Source: an uncultured Prochlorococcus sp.
Lineage (GTDB): Bacteria > Cyanobacteriota > Cyanobacteriia > PCC-6307 > Cyanobiaceae
Direction of reading: 5' to 3'
DNA length: 64,000 bases
Assembly: GCA_902535175.1 (NCBI GenBank)
Contig: CACASR010000004.1
Coordinates: 5,611 to 69,610 of the forward strand
A model generated the notes under the pieces. It was given only the letters and a program-made list of their open reading frames with translations. It searched no databases and was not told the DNA's origin. Positions 21,887 to 32,754 of this stretch are shown piece by piece. Each line of letters begins with the position of its first letter. Position 1 is the first letter of the stretch. A program made the position numbers and the translations under genes.

Positions 21887-22645
21887 ATGGAAAGTTATAA
21901 AAATCCTATCTCACTATTTAAACAAACTAATTTTTCAAAAACTATTTGGTGGAAATTAAAAGTTAATATTTCTGGATATCAAAATGAAACAGAAAATAAA
22001 TTAGTTACCGAAATATTTAAAAATAGAATTTTTAGGCTTATATATCCAAATATTCATCAAAAAAACCATAAATTTTCAAGAATATTAGTTCAACTATATG
22101 AAGATGGCTACGTCTGTTGGATAAATTTAGATGGATTGATTATTGAGAAATACGAATTGAGAAAAACTAAGAATTTAAAAAATGAACACTTCTTTATAAA
22201 AGATAAAATTACCTCAATTCTAAAATGGATCAATGATCAAGCTGAGTTGAATAATGAATACCTTTGGGGAGGTACATTAGGACCCAATTTTGATTGTTCC
22301 GGGTTAATTCAAACTGCTTTTTTAAAGCATAATATTCATATACCTCGAGACTCTTATCAAATAAAAAATTTTTGTAAACATCTTTTTTATTTCAAAGAAT
22401 CTTATTTAGCTCTACAGCCAGGTGATCTTCTATTTTTTGGAAATGAAGGAAAATGTGATCATATTGGAATCTACAAAGGGGATGGACTGTATTACCATAG
22501 TTCTGGAAAGGATTTCGGCAGAAATGGAATAGGATTAGATACGCTGAAAAAGTCTAACGACAAAATCTCATTACATTATAAATCCAAACTTATTTCGGCA
22601 GGAAGAGTAGTTAGAAGTTACAGATGGGATAGAACTATACGTTAG
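21887..22645 (+). CDS. NlpC/P60 (C40) peptidase
   Basis: YLWGG-FDCSG catalytic Cys, PRDS, PGDLLFF, HIGIY, YYHSS; ATG at 21887 (ORF-track start 21869 would overlap the neighbouring gene). Confidence 0.9.
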   Translation: MESYKNPISLFKQTNFSKTIWWKLKVNISGYQNETENKLVTEIFKNRIFRLIYPNIHQKNHKFSRILVQLYEDGYVCWINLDGLIIEKYELRKTKNLKNEHFFIKDKITSILKWINDQAELNNEYLWGGTLGPNFDCSGLIQTAFLKHNIHIPRDSYQIKNFCKHLFYFKESYLALQPGDLLFFGNEGKCDHIGIYKGDGLYYHSSGKDFGRNGIGLDTLKKSNDKISLHYKSKLISAGRVVRSYRWDRTIR

Positions 22646-22711
22646 TGAGTTGAGCTCACCTTTTAATTTTAAATTGAATTCATAAATATTGCTTTTTAAC
22701 TTATCTGGAAG

Positions 22712-23311
22712 TTAACCTGCAGTCCAAATATTTTTAATAATTGGCATCAGAGTGTCTAAGTGTAATGTACCAACCAGAAGCCAGGCAAAGACGGCTCCAC
22801 CACAGCCTCCCAACCAAAATCCACTTGTGAAATCCGCCCAACCAGCTCTTGTAAATAAATCCTTTGGTGGATTTTTAACAGTAGCATCTGGAGGTTGAAC
22901 ATTAGGTGCTTTGCCAGGTGCATTATATAGAACTAAAAGTGCTGTCATGATATGGACCGCTCCTATAGCTGAGAGTAACCCTGCAGTTATTGCAAATTCA
23001 GAATTTCTTAGTGGCCCAGTCATAGTAAAAGGACCATATAAGAGATATCCAAAAGCAGCTCCAGTTTCTAAACCTCTGAAATTTGGAGAAATACCCTCTC
23101 TATAAAAAGGGAGATTATTAATAAAAGCTTTTGTAAAATAGCCGCTATTAACTGGTGTAGCTAAATTCCCAACACATGGGTCATCAACCGTTTTTACTGC
23201 CCATTGTTCTGCAACACCAATATCATTTGGTTGTACAGAATTATCTATGTATTTTTCATCAAACTTTATAGAACTTGTTGATTCTGAGAATGATTTTTGA
23301 AAGTCGCTCAT
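22712..23311 (-). CDS. psaL: Photosystem I subunit XI
   Basis: [40 protein letters not shown]. Confidence 0.96.
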   Translation of the reverse strand: MSDFQKSFSESTSSIKFDEKYIDNSVQPNDIGVAEQWAVKTVDDPCVGNLATPVNSGYFTKAFINNLPFYREGISPNFRGLETGAAFGYLLYGPFTMTGPLRNSEFAITAGLLSAIGAVHIMTALLVLYNAPGKAPNVQPPDATVKNPPKDLFTRAGWADFTSGFWLGGCGGAVFAWLLVGTLHLDTLMPIIKNIWTAG

Positions 23312-23337
23312 TTTTTTAATATTTAGTGTTTAATAAA

Positions 23338-23451
23338 TTATTCAGTTGCTGTGATAAATCTTCCAATCAATACAATAAAAACAGCAGGCATTGCTATACC
23401 AATTAATGGGACAAAAATTGAAGGGAGAAGACTTGGTAAATCAGATGGCAT
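23338..23451 (-). CDS. psaI: Photosystem I subunit VIII (not in ORF track)
   Basis: Hand translation MPSDLPSLLPSIFVPLIGIAMPAVFIVLIGRFITATE*; LPSIFVP signature; upstream of psaL. Confidence 0.93.
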   Translation of the reverse strand: MPSDLPSLLPSIFVPLIGIAMPAVFIVLIGRFITATE

Positions 23452-23544
23452 AGTTATTTTAAACATCTTTAAATACTCTAGTATTTTTCTAAGAAATAGT
23501 GTTAATTTTATTACTGGATGATATAAATATTATTAACTTTTTAC

Positions 23545-23928
23545 ATGTTAAATTTTTTCGCAATAGTTCTTATTATTTTTATTGGACTATTAATATTAAT
23601 TTTAAAAAAACGAAAGCTTAAAAATGCAATAAATATAAAAAAATCATATCCTAATAAAATTAAAAGTAATAAAAATAAATTTCTAACTAATAAAAAAAAT
23701 TTTTCTTACAAACATGAAGAAAAAAGGATCTCAGTATTTTTAAAAAATTCTCAAAGAAATAAAATGTTTACTCTTTTTCAAGGTAATACAGAAGATAAAT
23801 TAAAAGCGTTAAAAATTGCAGAAGAATTAGCTGATAAATCAACATTACCAATTTTACGAAAAGGCTTAAGAGATATTTCTCCTGAAGTGGTTGAAATATC
23901 AGCTTTATTAATTAGAAAATTCAAGTAA
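23545..23928 (+). CDS. Membrane-anchored hypothetical protein with C-terminal HEAT-like repeat
   Basis: N-terminal TM helix, Lys/Asn-rich linker, LPILRKGLRDISPEV repeat. Confidence 0.65.
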   Translation: MLNFFAIVLIIFIGLLILILKKRKLKNAINIKKSYPNKIKSNKNKFLTNKKNFSYKHEEKRISVFLKNSQRNKMFTLFQGNTEDKLKALKIAEELADKSTLPILRKGLRDISPEVVEISALLIRKFK

Positions 23929-23938
23929 CAATTCAATC

Positions 23939-24895
23939 TTAATTAGTACTACTTATTGACCTAATTCTGTATATAGGACGACTTTGACTTTCATGATATG
24001 TCCTTATTAAAAGTTCGCTTAATAATCCAAAGCTAAATAATTCAACCCCAGTAATTCCCAATATTAATGCAAACAATAGCAACGGACGATTTCCAATATC
24101 CTCACCCAGTATTTTTAAAACTATCAAATAAGAACTCATTGCTAGGCTGATCAAAATACTTATAATTCCAACAAAGCCAAATCCATACATTGGTCTTGTT
24201 AAAAATTTAGTCATAAACCAAACAGTAAGTAAATCCATTAAAACTCTAAAAGTTCTATCTATTCCATATTTACTAGATCCATATTTCCTACTTCTATGAT
24301 TGACTTTAATTTCTTTAATTCTTGCACCTTCAAAATTTGCTAAAACGGGCAGAAACCTATGAAGTTCACCATAAAGCTTGATATCATCAATTATTTCTCT
24401 CTTGAAAGCTTTTAATGAGCATCCATAATCATGTAACTTCAAACCTGTTACTTGAGCTATTAATTTATTCGCTATTTTTGATGGTATCTTTCTATTAATT
24501 AATTTATCTTTTCTATCAAACCTCCATCCACAAATCAAATCATAGCCATTATTAATTTCTGATATTAATTTAGGAATATCGTTTGGGTCATTCTGTAAAT
24601 CGCCGTCTAAAGTAATTACAATATCGCCTTTGGAATTATCAAAGCCGGCTGCCATTGCTGCGGTTTGTCCATAATTTTTACGAAGACAAATTACTGAAAG
24701 TTCCTTTACTTTATTAGTGAGTTGTTTTAATACTTGATGAGTATGATCTTTAGAACCATCATTTACGACAATCAATTCGAAATTGAAATTATTAGCTTCC
24801 ATTATACTTATAACTTCATTTATTAAAAAACCGATGCTCTCACTTTCGTTGAACACAGGGATAATAATAGAAATTAGTTCGTTTATATATGTCAT
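23939..24895 (-). CDS. Glycosyltransferase family 2 (polyprenol-phosphate glycosyltransferase type)
   Basis: IIIPVFNE, VNDGSKD, NYGQTAA, TLDGDLQNDP, two C-terminal TM helices. Confidence 0.92.
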   Translation of the reverse strand: MTYINELISIIIPVFNESESIGFLINEVISIMEANNFNFELIVVNDGSKDHTHQVLKQLTNKVKELSVICLRKNYGQTAAMAAGFDNSKGDIVITLDGDLQNDPNDIPKLISEINNGYDLICGWRFDRKDKLINRKIPSKIANKLIAQVTGLKLHDYGCSLKAFKREIIDDIKLYGELHRFLPVLANFEGARIKEIKVNHRSRKYGSSKYGIDRTFRVLMDLLTVWFMTKFLTRPMYGFGFVGIISILISLAMSSYLIVLKILGEDIGNRPLLLFALILGITGVELFSFGLLSELLIRTYHESQSRPIYRIRSISSTN

Positions 24896-24951
24896 ATTTA
24901 TTTGAGAACAACTATATAATCTTAACTTAATTTAGAAAAATACAATTAAAC

Positions 24952-24982
24952 AAAAAAAATCACCACAAATGTGGTGATTTTT
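24952..24982 (-). terminator. Rho-independent terminator of psaAB
   Basis: Hairpin AAAAATCACCAC-AAAT-GTGGTGATTTTT with an A8 run (U8 on the minus strand) just after the psaB stop. Confidence 0.85.
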
Positions 24983-24998
24983 ATTATTAAAAGATTTT

Positions 24999-27227
24999 TT
25001 AACCAAACTTACCTGATGTTGATGCAATTACAAAAGCACCAAATGTGAGTATGTTTCCAATTGTGAAATGTGCTAAACCAACTAATCTAGCCTGAACAAT
25101 TGAAAGTGCCACTGGTTTATCTCTCCAGCCAACAAGGTTAGCTATTGGTGTACGCTGATGAGCCCAAACTAATGTCTCAATTAATTCTTGCCAATAACCA
25201 CGCCATGATATTAAGAACATGAAACCAGTAGCCCAAACTAGGTGACCAAATAAGAACATCCAAGCCCAAGGAGATAGGGCATTTACTCCAAACGGATTAT
25301 ATCCGTTAATAAGTTGAGCGGAATTTAACCATAGATAATCTCTAAACCAACCCATGAGATAAGTTCCTGATTCATTAAATTGAGCTACATTACCCTGCCA
25401 TATTGCTAGATGTTTCCAATGCCAGTAGAAAGTTACCCATGCTATTAGATTTAATGCCCAGAACATTGCTAAGTACATAGCATCCCATGATGAACTATCA
25501 CAGGTACCTCCACGCCCTGGTCCATCACAAGGAAAAGCGTAACCTAAATCCTTCTTATCAGGGATCAACTTTGTTCCTCTAGCATCAAGTGCACCTTTAA
25601 TAAGAATCAAGGCTGTTGTATGTAGACCTAGTGCAATAGCATGGTGAACCAGGAAATCGGCAGGGCCAATAGGTAAAAAAGCACTTAATGCATCTTGCCT
25701 ATTGATTAAATCCATCCAGTAATGGTTACCAGGTAGAGAATTAGCTGCAACACTAGCAGCACTTGTAGGATCAGATAATAAAGCATTGAAGCCATACATC
25801 ATTTTTCCTTGAGCAGCTTGAACAAACTGAGCAAAAACAGGCTCAATTAAAATTTGTTTTTCAGGATTACCAAAAGCTACAACCACATCATTGTGAACAT
25901 ATATACCTAATGTATGAAAACCTAAAAGCATCGTTACCCAACTAAGGTGACTGATTAAAGCTTCTTTAGTACCTAATACCCTTGCAAGTACATTATCTCT
26001 ATTTAATTCAGGGTCATAATCCCTTACAAAAAATATTGCTCCATGAGCAAATGCTCCAACCATCAAAAACATAGCTATATATTGATGATGAGTATATAAG
26101 GCAGATTGTGTAGTATAGTCTCTTGCAATAAATGCATATGATGGAAGAGCTCCCATATGCTGAGCAACTAATGAGGTAGCTACTCCAAGAGCTGCCAACG
26201 CTAAACCAAGTTGAAAGTGAAGTGAATTAGTAACTGTTTCATAAATTCCATCATGATTTATACCAAAACTTCCTTTGTGAGGATCTAAGGGATGTCTTGT
26301 GTTGTGAGCTTCTGTAATTTCTTTAAGACTATGACCAATACCAAAAGTATTTCTATACATATGTCCAGCGATTATAAAAACTGTACCTATAGCTATATGA
26401 TGATGTGCAATGTCTGTTAACCATAAAGCTTCACTTTGTGGATGAAGGCCACCTAAGAAGGTAAAAATGGCTGTTCCAGCTCCTTCTGTTGTTCCAAAAA
26501 TTTGATCTAATGAATCAGGATTTTGAGCATATGCACCCCAGTTTAAGGTGAAGAAAGGACCTAGCCCGGCAGGATGAGGAAGAACTGTTAACCAATTATC
26601 CCAACCTACATGGATACCTCTAGACTCAGGTATTGCCACGTGAACTAAATGCCCAGTCCATGCAATACTGCTGAATCCAAATAGTACTGAAAGATGATGA
26701 TTTAATCTAGATTCGTTATTTTTGAACCAAGCTAATGATGGTCGAAACTTTGGTTGTAAATGTAGCCAACCTGCAAATAGAGTCCAACAAGCCAAAATAC
26801 TCATAAATATTGAAGCTTGAAATAGCTGTTCATTGGTTCTCATACCAATTGTGTACCACCAATGGTAGAGACCTGAATAAGCTATATTGACTGGTCCGTC
26901 GGCTCCTGCTTGAGTCATCGCTTCAGTAATCCCAGAACCGAAGTGAGGATCCCAAATAGCATGAGCAATTGGACGAACATGAGTTGGATCTAATACGAAT
27001 TGTTCAAAATTACCCTGCCAAGCAATATGAAATAAGTTACCAGCCACCCATAGAGCAATTATTGCTAGATGACCAAAATGTGTAGAAAAAAGCTTCTGAT
27101 AAAGCTTTTCTTCAGTCATACCATCATGACTTTCAAAGTCATGAGCAGTAGCTATTCCGTACCATATTCTTCGGGTTGTTGGGTCCTGAGCTAGACCCTG
27201 GTTAAATGATGGAAATTTAGTTGCCAT
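24999..27227 (-). CDS. psaB: Photosystem I P700 apoprotein A2
   Basis: [20 protein letters not shown] (FX), 742 aa. Confidence 0.99.
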   Translation of the reverse strand: MATKFPSFNQGLAQDPTTRRIWYGIATAHDFESHDGMTEEKLYQKLFSTHFGHLAIIALWVAGNLFHIAWQGNFEQFVLDPTHVRPIAHAIWDPHFGSGITEAMTQAGADGPVNIAYSGLYHWWYTIGMRTNEQLFQASIFMSILACWTLFAGWLHLQPKFRPSLAWFKNNESRLNHHLSVLFGFSSIAWTGHLVHVAIPESRGIHVGWDNWLTVLPHPAGLGPFFTLNWGAYAQNPDSLDQIFGTTEGAGTAIFTFLGGLHPQSEALWLTDIAHHHIAIGTVFIIAGHMYRNTFGIGHSLKEITEAHNTRHPLDPHKGSFGINHDGIYETVTNSLHFQLGLALAALGVATSLVAQHMGALPSYAFIARDYTTQSALYTHHQYIAMFLMVGAFAHGAIFFVRDYDPELNRDNVLARVLGTKEALISHLSWVTMLLGFHTLGIYVHNDVVVAFGNPEKQILIEPVFAQFVQAAQGKMMYGFNALLSDPTSAASVAANSLPGNHYWMDLINRQDALSAFLPIGPADFLVHHAIALGLHTTALILIKGALDARGTKLIPDKKDLGYAFPCDGPGRGGTCDSSSWDAMYLAMFWALNLIAWVTFYWHWKHLAIWQGNVAQFNESGTYLMGWFRDYLWLNSAQLINGYNPFGVNALSPWAWMFLFGHLVWATGFMFLISWRGYWQELIETLVWAHQRTPIANLVGWRDKPVALSIVQARLVGLAHFTIGNILTFGAFVIASTSGKFG

Positions 27228-27254
27228 TGAATTAAAAAGGTGAAGTTCAGATAA

Positions 27255-29537
27255 TTAGCCCAGCCCGAAAAGGCGAGCGTGGAAGAAGGCCCATGTTGTA
27301 GCAATGCCTCCGACAAGGAAGTGCGTTACACCTACTGCGCGTCCCTGAGTAATAGATAAAGCTCTAGGTTGAATTGTGGGAGCAACTTTTAATTTATTAT
27401 GAGCCCACAGGATTGATTCAAACAATTCTTGCCAATAGCCTCTTCCACTGAAGAGGAACATTAAGCTGAATGCCCAAATAAAGTGTGCACCTAAGAACAT
27501 CAAGCCATACATACTAATTGACTGGCCATAACTAGTTAAAACCTGTGAAGCCTGAGCCCACAAGAAATCTCTCAGCCAACCATTTATGGTGATGGAACTT
27601 TGAGCAAAATTACCCCCGGTAAGTCCCCAAACATCACTCTGCATTTTCCAGGAGAAGTGGAATATGACAATAGAAATAGTGTTGTACATCCAGAAAGTGG
27701 CAAGAAATACATGGTCCCATGAAGAAACTTGACATGTACCTCCTCTACCTGGTCCATCACAAGGGAATCTAAAACCTAATGAAGCTTTATCAGGAATTAG
27801 CCTAGAATTTCTTGCATATAGAACTCCCTTAAGGAGAATTAGTAACGTTACATGAATTTGGAAGGCATGAATGTGGTGAATCATTAAATCTGCAGTTCCA
27901 AGTGGTATTGCTTTCATAGCAACTTTTCCACCAATAGTTATAGTATCTCCATTAAATACTTGACTAACTCCGTTACCTTCTAGAAGTGTTGTGCCAATTC
28001 CGGAAGATTGAATGTTTTGTACCCATTGAGCAAAAATAGGTTGAAGTTGTATTGCTTTATCACTAAACATATCTTGAGGTCTTCCCAGAGCTCTCATAGT
28101 GTCATTATGGATATAGAGTCCAAAACTATGGAAACCTAACCACATACAAACCCAATTGAGATGACTAATAACAGCGTCTCTAGCTTTTAATACACGATCT
28201 AGAACATTACCAATATTTTTTGCGGGGTCATAATCTCTGACCATCGCGATACCTGCATGAGCTCCAGCACCAACTATGAACAAAGCACCAATCCACATGT
28301 GATGTGTGAATGTGCCTAGAACAGTCATGTAGTCTATAGCCATATATGGATATGGAGGCATAGCATACATATGGTGAGAAACAATTATGGTTATTGAACC
28401 TAGCATTGCTAGATTAACTGAAAGTTGAGCATGTCTACTTTCTGCCATAAACTCGAATAGTCCTTGATGACCCTGAGGGGCTGGGAATAAGATCGGATCA
28501 CCTTGATGTGCATCTAATATTTCTTTCATGCTATGACCAATTCCGTAGTTGGTTCTATACATATGACCTGCAATTATAAATAGAACTGCTATGGCAAGAT
28601 GATGATGAGCAATGTCTGTCATCCATAAACTTCCTGTTACTGGGTTAAGACCTCCTTTGAAGGTTAGAAAGTCTGTAAAAGCAAACCAATTCAAACTAAA
28701 AAAGTTTCCGGTACCACTTGCAAGACCAGGAAATATTTGACCAACAATCTGGGGATCACAAAGCTGATGAGGCATAGGTATATCAGCGATTGATGCTATT
28801 TCTTTACCATTAATTAATAGGGGAGAACCTGCGTCAATAGCATCTAGCAAAGCTGCTGTTGGAGCTCCAATATGAATACAATGACCTGCCCAAGCAAGAG
28901 AACCTAATCCTAAAAGTCCTGCTAGATGATGATTCATCATAGACTCAACGTCTTGGAACCACTCCATTTTTGGAGCTGCTTTATGATAGTGGAATATACC
29001 AGCATGAAGCATTAAAGCAGCCATTACTACAGCTCCAATAGCTAAAGCCATTAGTTCTGATTCATTTGTTATGCCCCATGCTCTCCACATTTGGAATATC
29101 CCTGAGCTTATTTGAATTCCGTTATAATTTGCACCTAGATCTCCATTGAGCATTTCTTGACCAACAATCGCCCATACTTGCTGAGCACCAGGTTTAACAT
29201 GTGTAGGATCAGCTAACCAACCTGAGTAATTTGAAAATCGAGCTCCATGAAAAAATGCAGCGCTCATCCAAATAAAAATTACAGCTAGGTGTCCAAAATG
29301 GGCTGAAAATATTTTCCTTGTTGCTTCTTCAGCATCGCCAGCATGCACATCAAAATCGTGAGCGTCTGCATGTAAATTCCAGATCCACGTTGTAGTTTTT
29401 GGACCTTTAGATAATTTACTAGACCAGAAGCCTGGTTTATCTAATTTGGCAAAATCAATCGGTTTTGGATCAGCCTTGACTGGTGATTCCAAAATCTTCT
29501 TGTTTTTTTCTCCACTTTCTGGTGGGCTGATGGTCAT
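27255..29537 (-). CDS. psaA: Photosystem I P700 apoprotein A1
   Basis: [35 protein letters not shown]; 760 aa. Confidence 0.99.
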   Translation of the reverse strand: MTISPPESGEKNKKILESPVKADPKPIDFAKLDKPGFWSSKLSKGPKTTTWIWNLHADAHDFDVHAGDAEEATRKIFSAHFGHLAVIFIWMSAAFFHGARFSNYSGWLADPTHVKPGAQQVWAIVGQEMLNGDLGANYNGIQISSGIFQMWRAWGITNESELMALAIGAVVMAALMLHAGIFHYHKAAPKMEWFQDVESMMNHHLAGLLGLGSLAWAGHCIHIGAPTAALLDAIDAGSPLLINGKEIASIADIPMPHQLCDPQIVGQIFPGLASGTGNFFSLNWFAFTDFLTFKGGLNPVTGSLWMTDIAHHHLAIAVLFIIAGHMYRTNYGIGHSMKEILDAHQGDPILFPAPQGHQGLFEFMAESRHAQLSVNLAMLGSITIIVSHHMYAMPPYPYMAIDYMTVLGTFTHHMWIGALFIVGAGAHAGIAMVRDYDPAKNIGNVLDRVLKARDAVISHLNWVCMWLGFHSFGLYIHNDTMRALGRPQDMFSDKAIQLQPIFAQWVQNIQSSGIGTTLLEGNGVSQVFNGDTITIGGKVAMKAIPLGTADLMIHHIHAFQIHVTLLILLKGVLYARNSRLIPDKASLGFRFPCDGPGRGGTCQVSSWDHVFLATFWMYNTISIVIFHFSWKMQSDVWGLTGGNFAQSSITINGWLRDFLWAQASQVLTSYGQSISMYGLMFLGAHFIWAFSLMFLFSGRGYWQELFESILWAHNKLKVAPTIQPRALSITQGRAVGVTHFLVGGIATTWAFFHARLFGLG

Positions 29538-29685
29538 CTAGCACCTCTAAGTAATAAGTCTTTAAGCAGATTTTCTGAATTTAAAGCCTACATTTATTAA
29601 TAGTAAACTTTTTAGGTTCAAACCAATCAATCTAAAGAATTTGGTTACCAAAAATAATAAGCGAAAGATTCTTTGATCATGTGAC

Positions 29686-29717
29686 AAAGTAACAAATGTT
29701 TCACTGTTTGTTACTTT
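29686..29717. promoter_or_regulatory. Inverted repeat upstream of psaA (operator candidate)
   Basis: AAAGTAACAAA-N10-TTTGTTACTTT, 11-bp perfect arms, about 150 bp upstream of the psaA start. Confidence 0.55.
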
Positions 29718-29877
29718 TCTCTTTTTTTGTAAGATCTATTAATATGACTGGGCTTTAAGTATATATACCCAGTTCAATAGCAAAATATCTTAAATATTTT
29801 TTTATATTTCAGGTAGAAAATATTTATTCACGCTTATCAAGATATAATTTCATAATAACAAAATTTTAAAACTTAAC

Positions 29878-31686
29878 TTGAAAGGAATTGCGATAGGTTT
29901 ATCTAATACTTCACAAGAAATCTTAAAAAGGCTCAAAGAAACCGAATTTGTTAAAGAGGTATATATTGCTTGTTCAACTTATCAAAAAACAAAAGATAAG
30001 AAATCAATACCCCAAATAAAACCAAAAAAACTTCTCAAAGAAAAATGGGGAGAATTCGACCTTATCATCTTCATTGGTTCAATTGGAGCATCTATTAGAT
30101 TAATAAATTCTTTTTTAACAAGCAAAGATAAGGATCCAGGAGTAATAGTAATGGATAAAAAAGGCTCCAAAGTCCTACCTGTTATTGGCTCACATCAATC
30201 AAATACTCAAAAAATTGCATTTCAAATTTCTGAATTATTTGGCGGTGAAATAATAGAAACTAACAATTCAAATGATCAAAACTACCTAAATCTTGATTCG
30301 TTTGGCAATCAATGGGGCTGGAAAAGATCCGGCGAAATAGATAACTGGTCTAAACTTGTAATAAAACAAGCTAAGAACGAAGTAATATTTTGCAAACAAT
30401 TATCTGGTAATAACTTATGGAAAACTTCAGAACCAGCTAAGATTATTAATCAAATTGATAAAAAAGAAAAAGAAACTGAAAAACCAGATTCAACATTTTA
30501 TGTGAGTATATTCGAAAATCATGCAACAACTTGGCACCCGCCCGTACTATGGGTTGGCATTGGATGTGAAAGAAATACAAGCAAAGAATTAATAACAAAT
30601 TCTTTAAGTAATTTTTTAGAGTCAGGCAATTTATCACAACAATCAATTGCGGGATTTGCAACTATTGATATTAAAAAAGATGAGAAAGGGATTTTAGAAC
30701 TTGCTAAAGAAAAAAACTTGCCTATAAAGTTTTTTAGTAAAGAAGATCTTTCAACAATAATTGTTCCAAATCCATCAAATGTTGTGCAAAATGAAATTGG
30801 CACCCCTTCCGTAGCAGAAGCCTCTTGCTTACTCGCAGCAGGAGAAGAATCAAAATTATTAGAAGAAAAAAGAATTTTTAAAAATCAATCTGGGGCAGTA
30901 ACTATCGCTTTAGCAGAATCAAAAAATCAATATAATCCAACCCATGGCGAAATCCATATTATTGGAAGTGGGCCTGGTGATATCTCCTTCCTAACCAATA
31001 ATGCAAGAAAAGCACTTTCAAGATGTACTGTTTGGATTGGATACAAAATGTATTTAGATTTAATAAAACCCTTAAAAAGGAATGATCAGGTTTTAATTGA
31101 AAGTAAAATTACTGAAGAAAAAGAGAGATGCAGTAAAGCAATTCAACTAGCCGAGGAAGGAATAAAAGTGGCTTTAATTTCTTCGGGGGAATCTGGATTC
31201 TATGGAATGGCTGGTTTACTTTTGGAGTTACTTCAAAAAATCAAAAAAGAATATAGGCCTTACTTTGAAGTACATCCAGGTATAAGTAGTGTACAATTAG
31301 CTGCTGCTATTAGTGGAGCACCACTAATGAATGACTTTTGTTCAATAAGCTTAAGCGATAAATTAACTCCATGGTCTTTAATAGAAAAAAGAATTGAAGG
31401 AGCTCTTGTGGGCGACTTTGTAATAGCTTTATTTAATCCTAAATCCATTGAAAGAAATTGGCAGCTAAAAAGTGTAATAGATATATGTTTACAATCTAGG
31501 CCTGCTGATACTCCAGTTTTAATTGCTAGACAAGTAGGGAGAGAAAATCAAACCAAAAAATTTTTCACTTTAAACACCATTCCTTTTAAAGAGATTGATA
31601 TGTTATCAATCATTATTATTGGCAATTCTCAAACAACCTTAGTTGACGAAATATTTCTTACTCCCAGAGGATATCTACAAAATTAA
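29878..31686 (+). CDS. cobJ: Fused CbiG / precorrin-3B C17-methyltransferase
   Basis: CbiG motifs (DKDPGVIVMD, GIGCERN, GTPSVAEA) followed by tetrapyrrole methylase (IGSGPG, ISLSD, TPRGY). Confidence 0.9.
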   Translation: MKGIAIGLSNTSQEILKRLKETEFVKEVYIACSTYQKTKDKKSIPQIKPKKLLKEKWGEFDLIIFIGSIGASIRLINSFLTSKDKDPGVIVMDKKGSKVLPVIGSHQSNTQKIAFQISELFGGEIIETNNSNDQNYLNLDSFGNQWGWKRSGEIDNWSKLVIKQAKNEVIFCKQLSGNNLWKTSEPAKIINQIDKKEKETEKPDSTFYVSIFENHATTWHPPVLWVGIGCERNTSKELITNSLSNFLESGNLSQQSIAGFATIDIKKDEKGILELAKEKNLPIKFFSKEDLSTIIVPNPSNVVQNEIGTPSVAEASCLLAAGEESKLLEEKRIFKNQSGAVTIALAESKNQYNPTHGEIHIIGSGPGDISFLTNNARKALSRCTVWIGYKMYLDLIKPLKRNDQVLIESKITEEKERCSKAIQLAEEGIKVALISSGESGFYGMAGLLLELLQKIKKEYRPYFEVHPGISSVQLAAAISGAPLMNDFCSISLSDKLTPWSLIEKRIEGALVGDFVIALFNPKSIERNWQLKSVIDICLQSRPADTPVLIARQVGRENQTKKFFTLNTIPFKEIDMLSIIIIGNSQTTLVDEIFLTPRGYLQN

Positions 31687-31780
31687 GTTTAGATAAGCAT
31701 GATTTATAAATAGAATGTTTTTCTTTGCTTTTTCTTTATAAGAATACTAATCTTTTATAATAATGATTTTAGAAAATTAA

Positions 31781-32569
31781 TTGAAAAATATTGGTTTAAT
31801 TTTGTTTGATATTGATGGGGTAATCCGCAGCGTAGAAAATAGTTATAGACTTTCTTTAAAAAAAACAGTTTACAAATTTTCCGGATGGGAGCCAAGTTAT
31901 ATAGATATTGATAATGCAAAAAATGAAGGGGTCTGGAATAATGACTGGGATTTAAGCTTAGAACTTATAAAAAGATTTATAAAAAAAGAGAACTTAAATC
32001 TTAAAATTCCTCCAAGAGAGGAAATAGTAAAATGTTTTGAAGAGTTTTACTTTGGTGGAGATCCAAATAAAGATAGTAAATACTGGTCTGGTTACATAAC
32101 AAATGAGGAGTTATTGGTTGATAAAAAGTTTTTTGATTTGATTAAAGGTAATGGAATAATCTGGGGTTTTGTTAGTGGTGCAGAGTCTGCATCTGCAAAA
32201 TTTGTTTTAGAAAAAAGACTTGGACTAAAATCACCACCATTAATATCTATGGGAGATGCCCCTGACAAGCCTGATCCTAAAGGTTTTATTAACTTATCAA
32301 AAAAGCTTATTGGAGATAAACTTGGCGAATCAAATATTCCCATTGCATACGTAGGAGATACTATTGCAGATATAAATACAGTTATAAACGCTAGAAAGGA
32401 AATACCATCTCAGAAATTCATAAGTATCGGAATAGCTCCCCCACATTTACATTTAAATTCTCGATTAAAAGAACGTAATTCTTACGAAACAAATCTTAGA
32501 GATGCAGGCGCTGACTTAATTTTAAATTCTATTTATGACCTTAAAGATATTAATCTTAACTTGTTTTAA
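31781..32569 (+). CDS. HAD-superfamily hydrolase (TIGR01548-like)
   Basis: FDIDGV, SYR, WNNDWD, KPDP, YVGDTIAD. Confidence 0.85.
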   Translation: MKNIGLILFDIDGVIRSVENSYRLSLKKTVYKFSGWEPSYIDIDNAKNEGVWNNDWDLSLELIKRFIKKENLNLKIPPREEIVKCFEEFYFGGDPNKDSKYWSGYITNEELLVDKKFFDLIKGNGIIWGFVSGAESASAKFVLEKRLGLKSPPLISMGDAPDKPDPKGFINLSKKLIGDKLGESNIPIAYVGDTIADINTVINARKEIPSQKFISIGIAPPHLHLNSRLKERNSYETNLRDAGADLILNSIYDLKDINLNLF

Positions 32570-32604
32570 AACAAATATTAATTAAAAATTTGCTAAATAA
32601 ATCA

Positions 32605-32693
32605 CGGAGAGGGAGGGATTCGAACCCTCGACAAAAGTTACCTCCTGTAACTCCTTAGCAGGGAGCCGCTTTCAACCACTCAGCCACCTCTCC
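32605..32693 (-). tRNA. tRNA-Ser (anticodon GCT)
   Basis: Reverse complement GGAGAGGTGGCTGAGTGG...CTGCTAA...long variable arm...GGTTCGAATCCCTCCCTCTCCG. Confidence 0.96.
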
Positions 32694-32754
32694 AGTTCTT
32701 ATACATTATCAATTTTTTTGCAAACATTCAAAATTTTTTATTTAATCGAAATGT

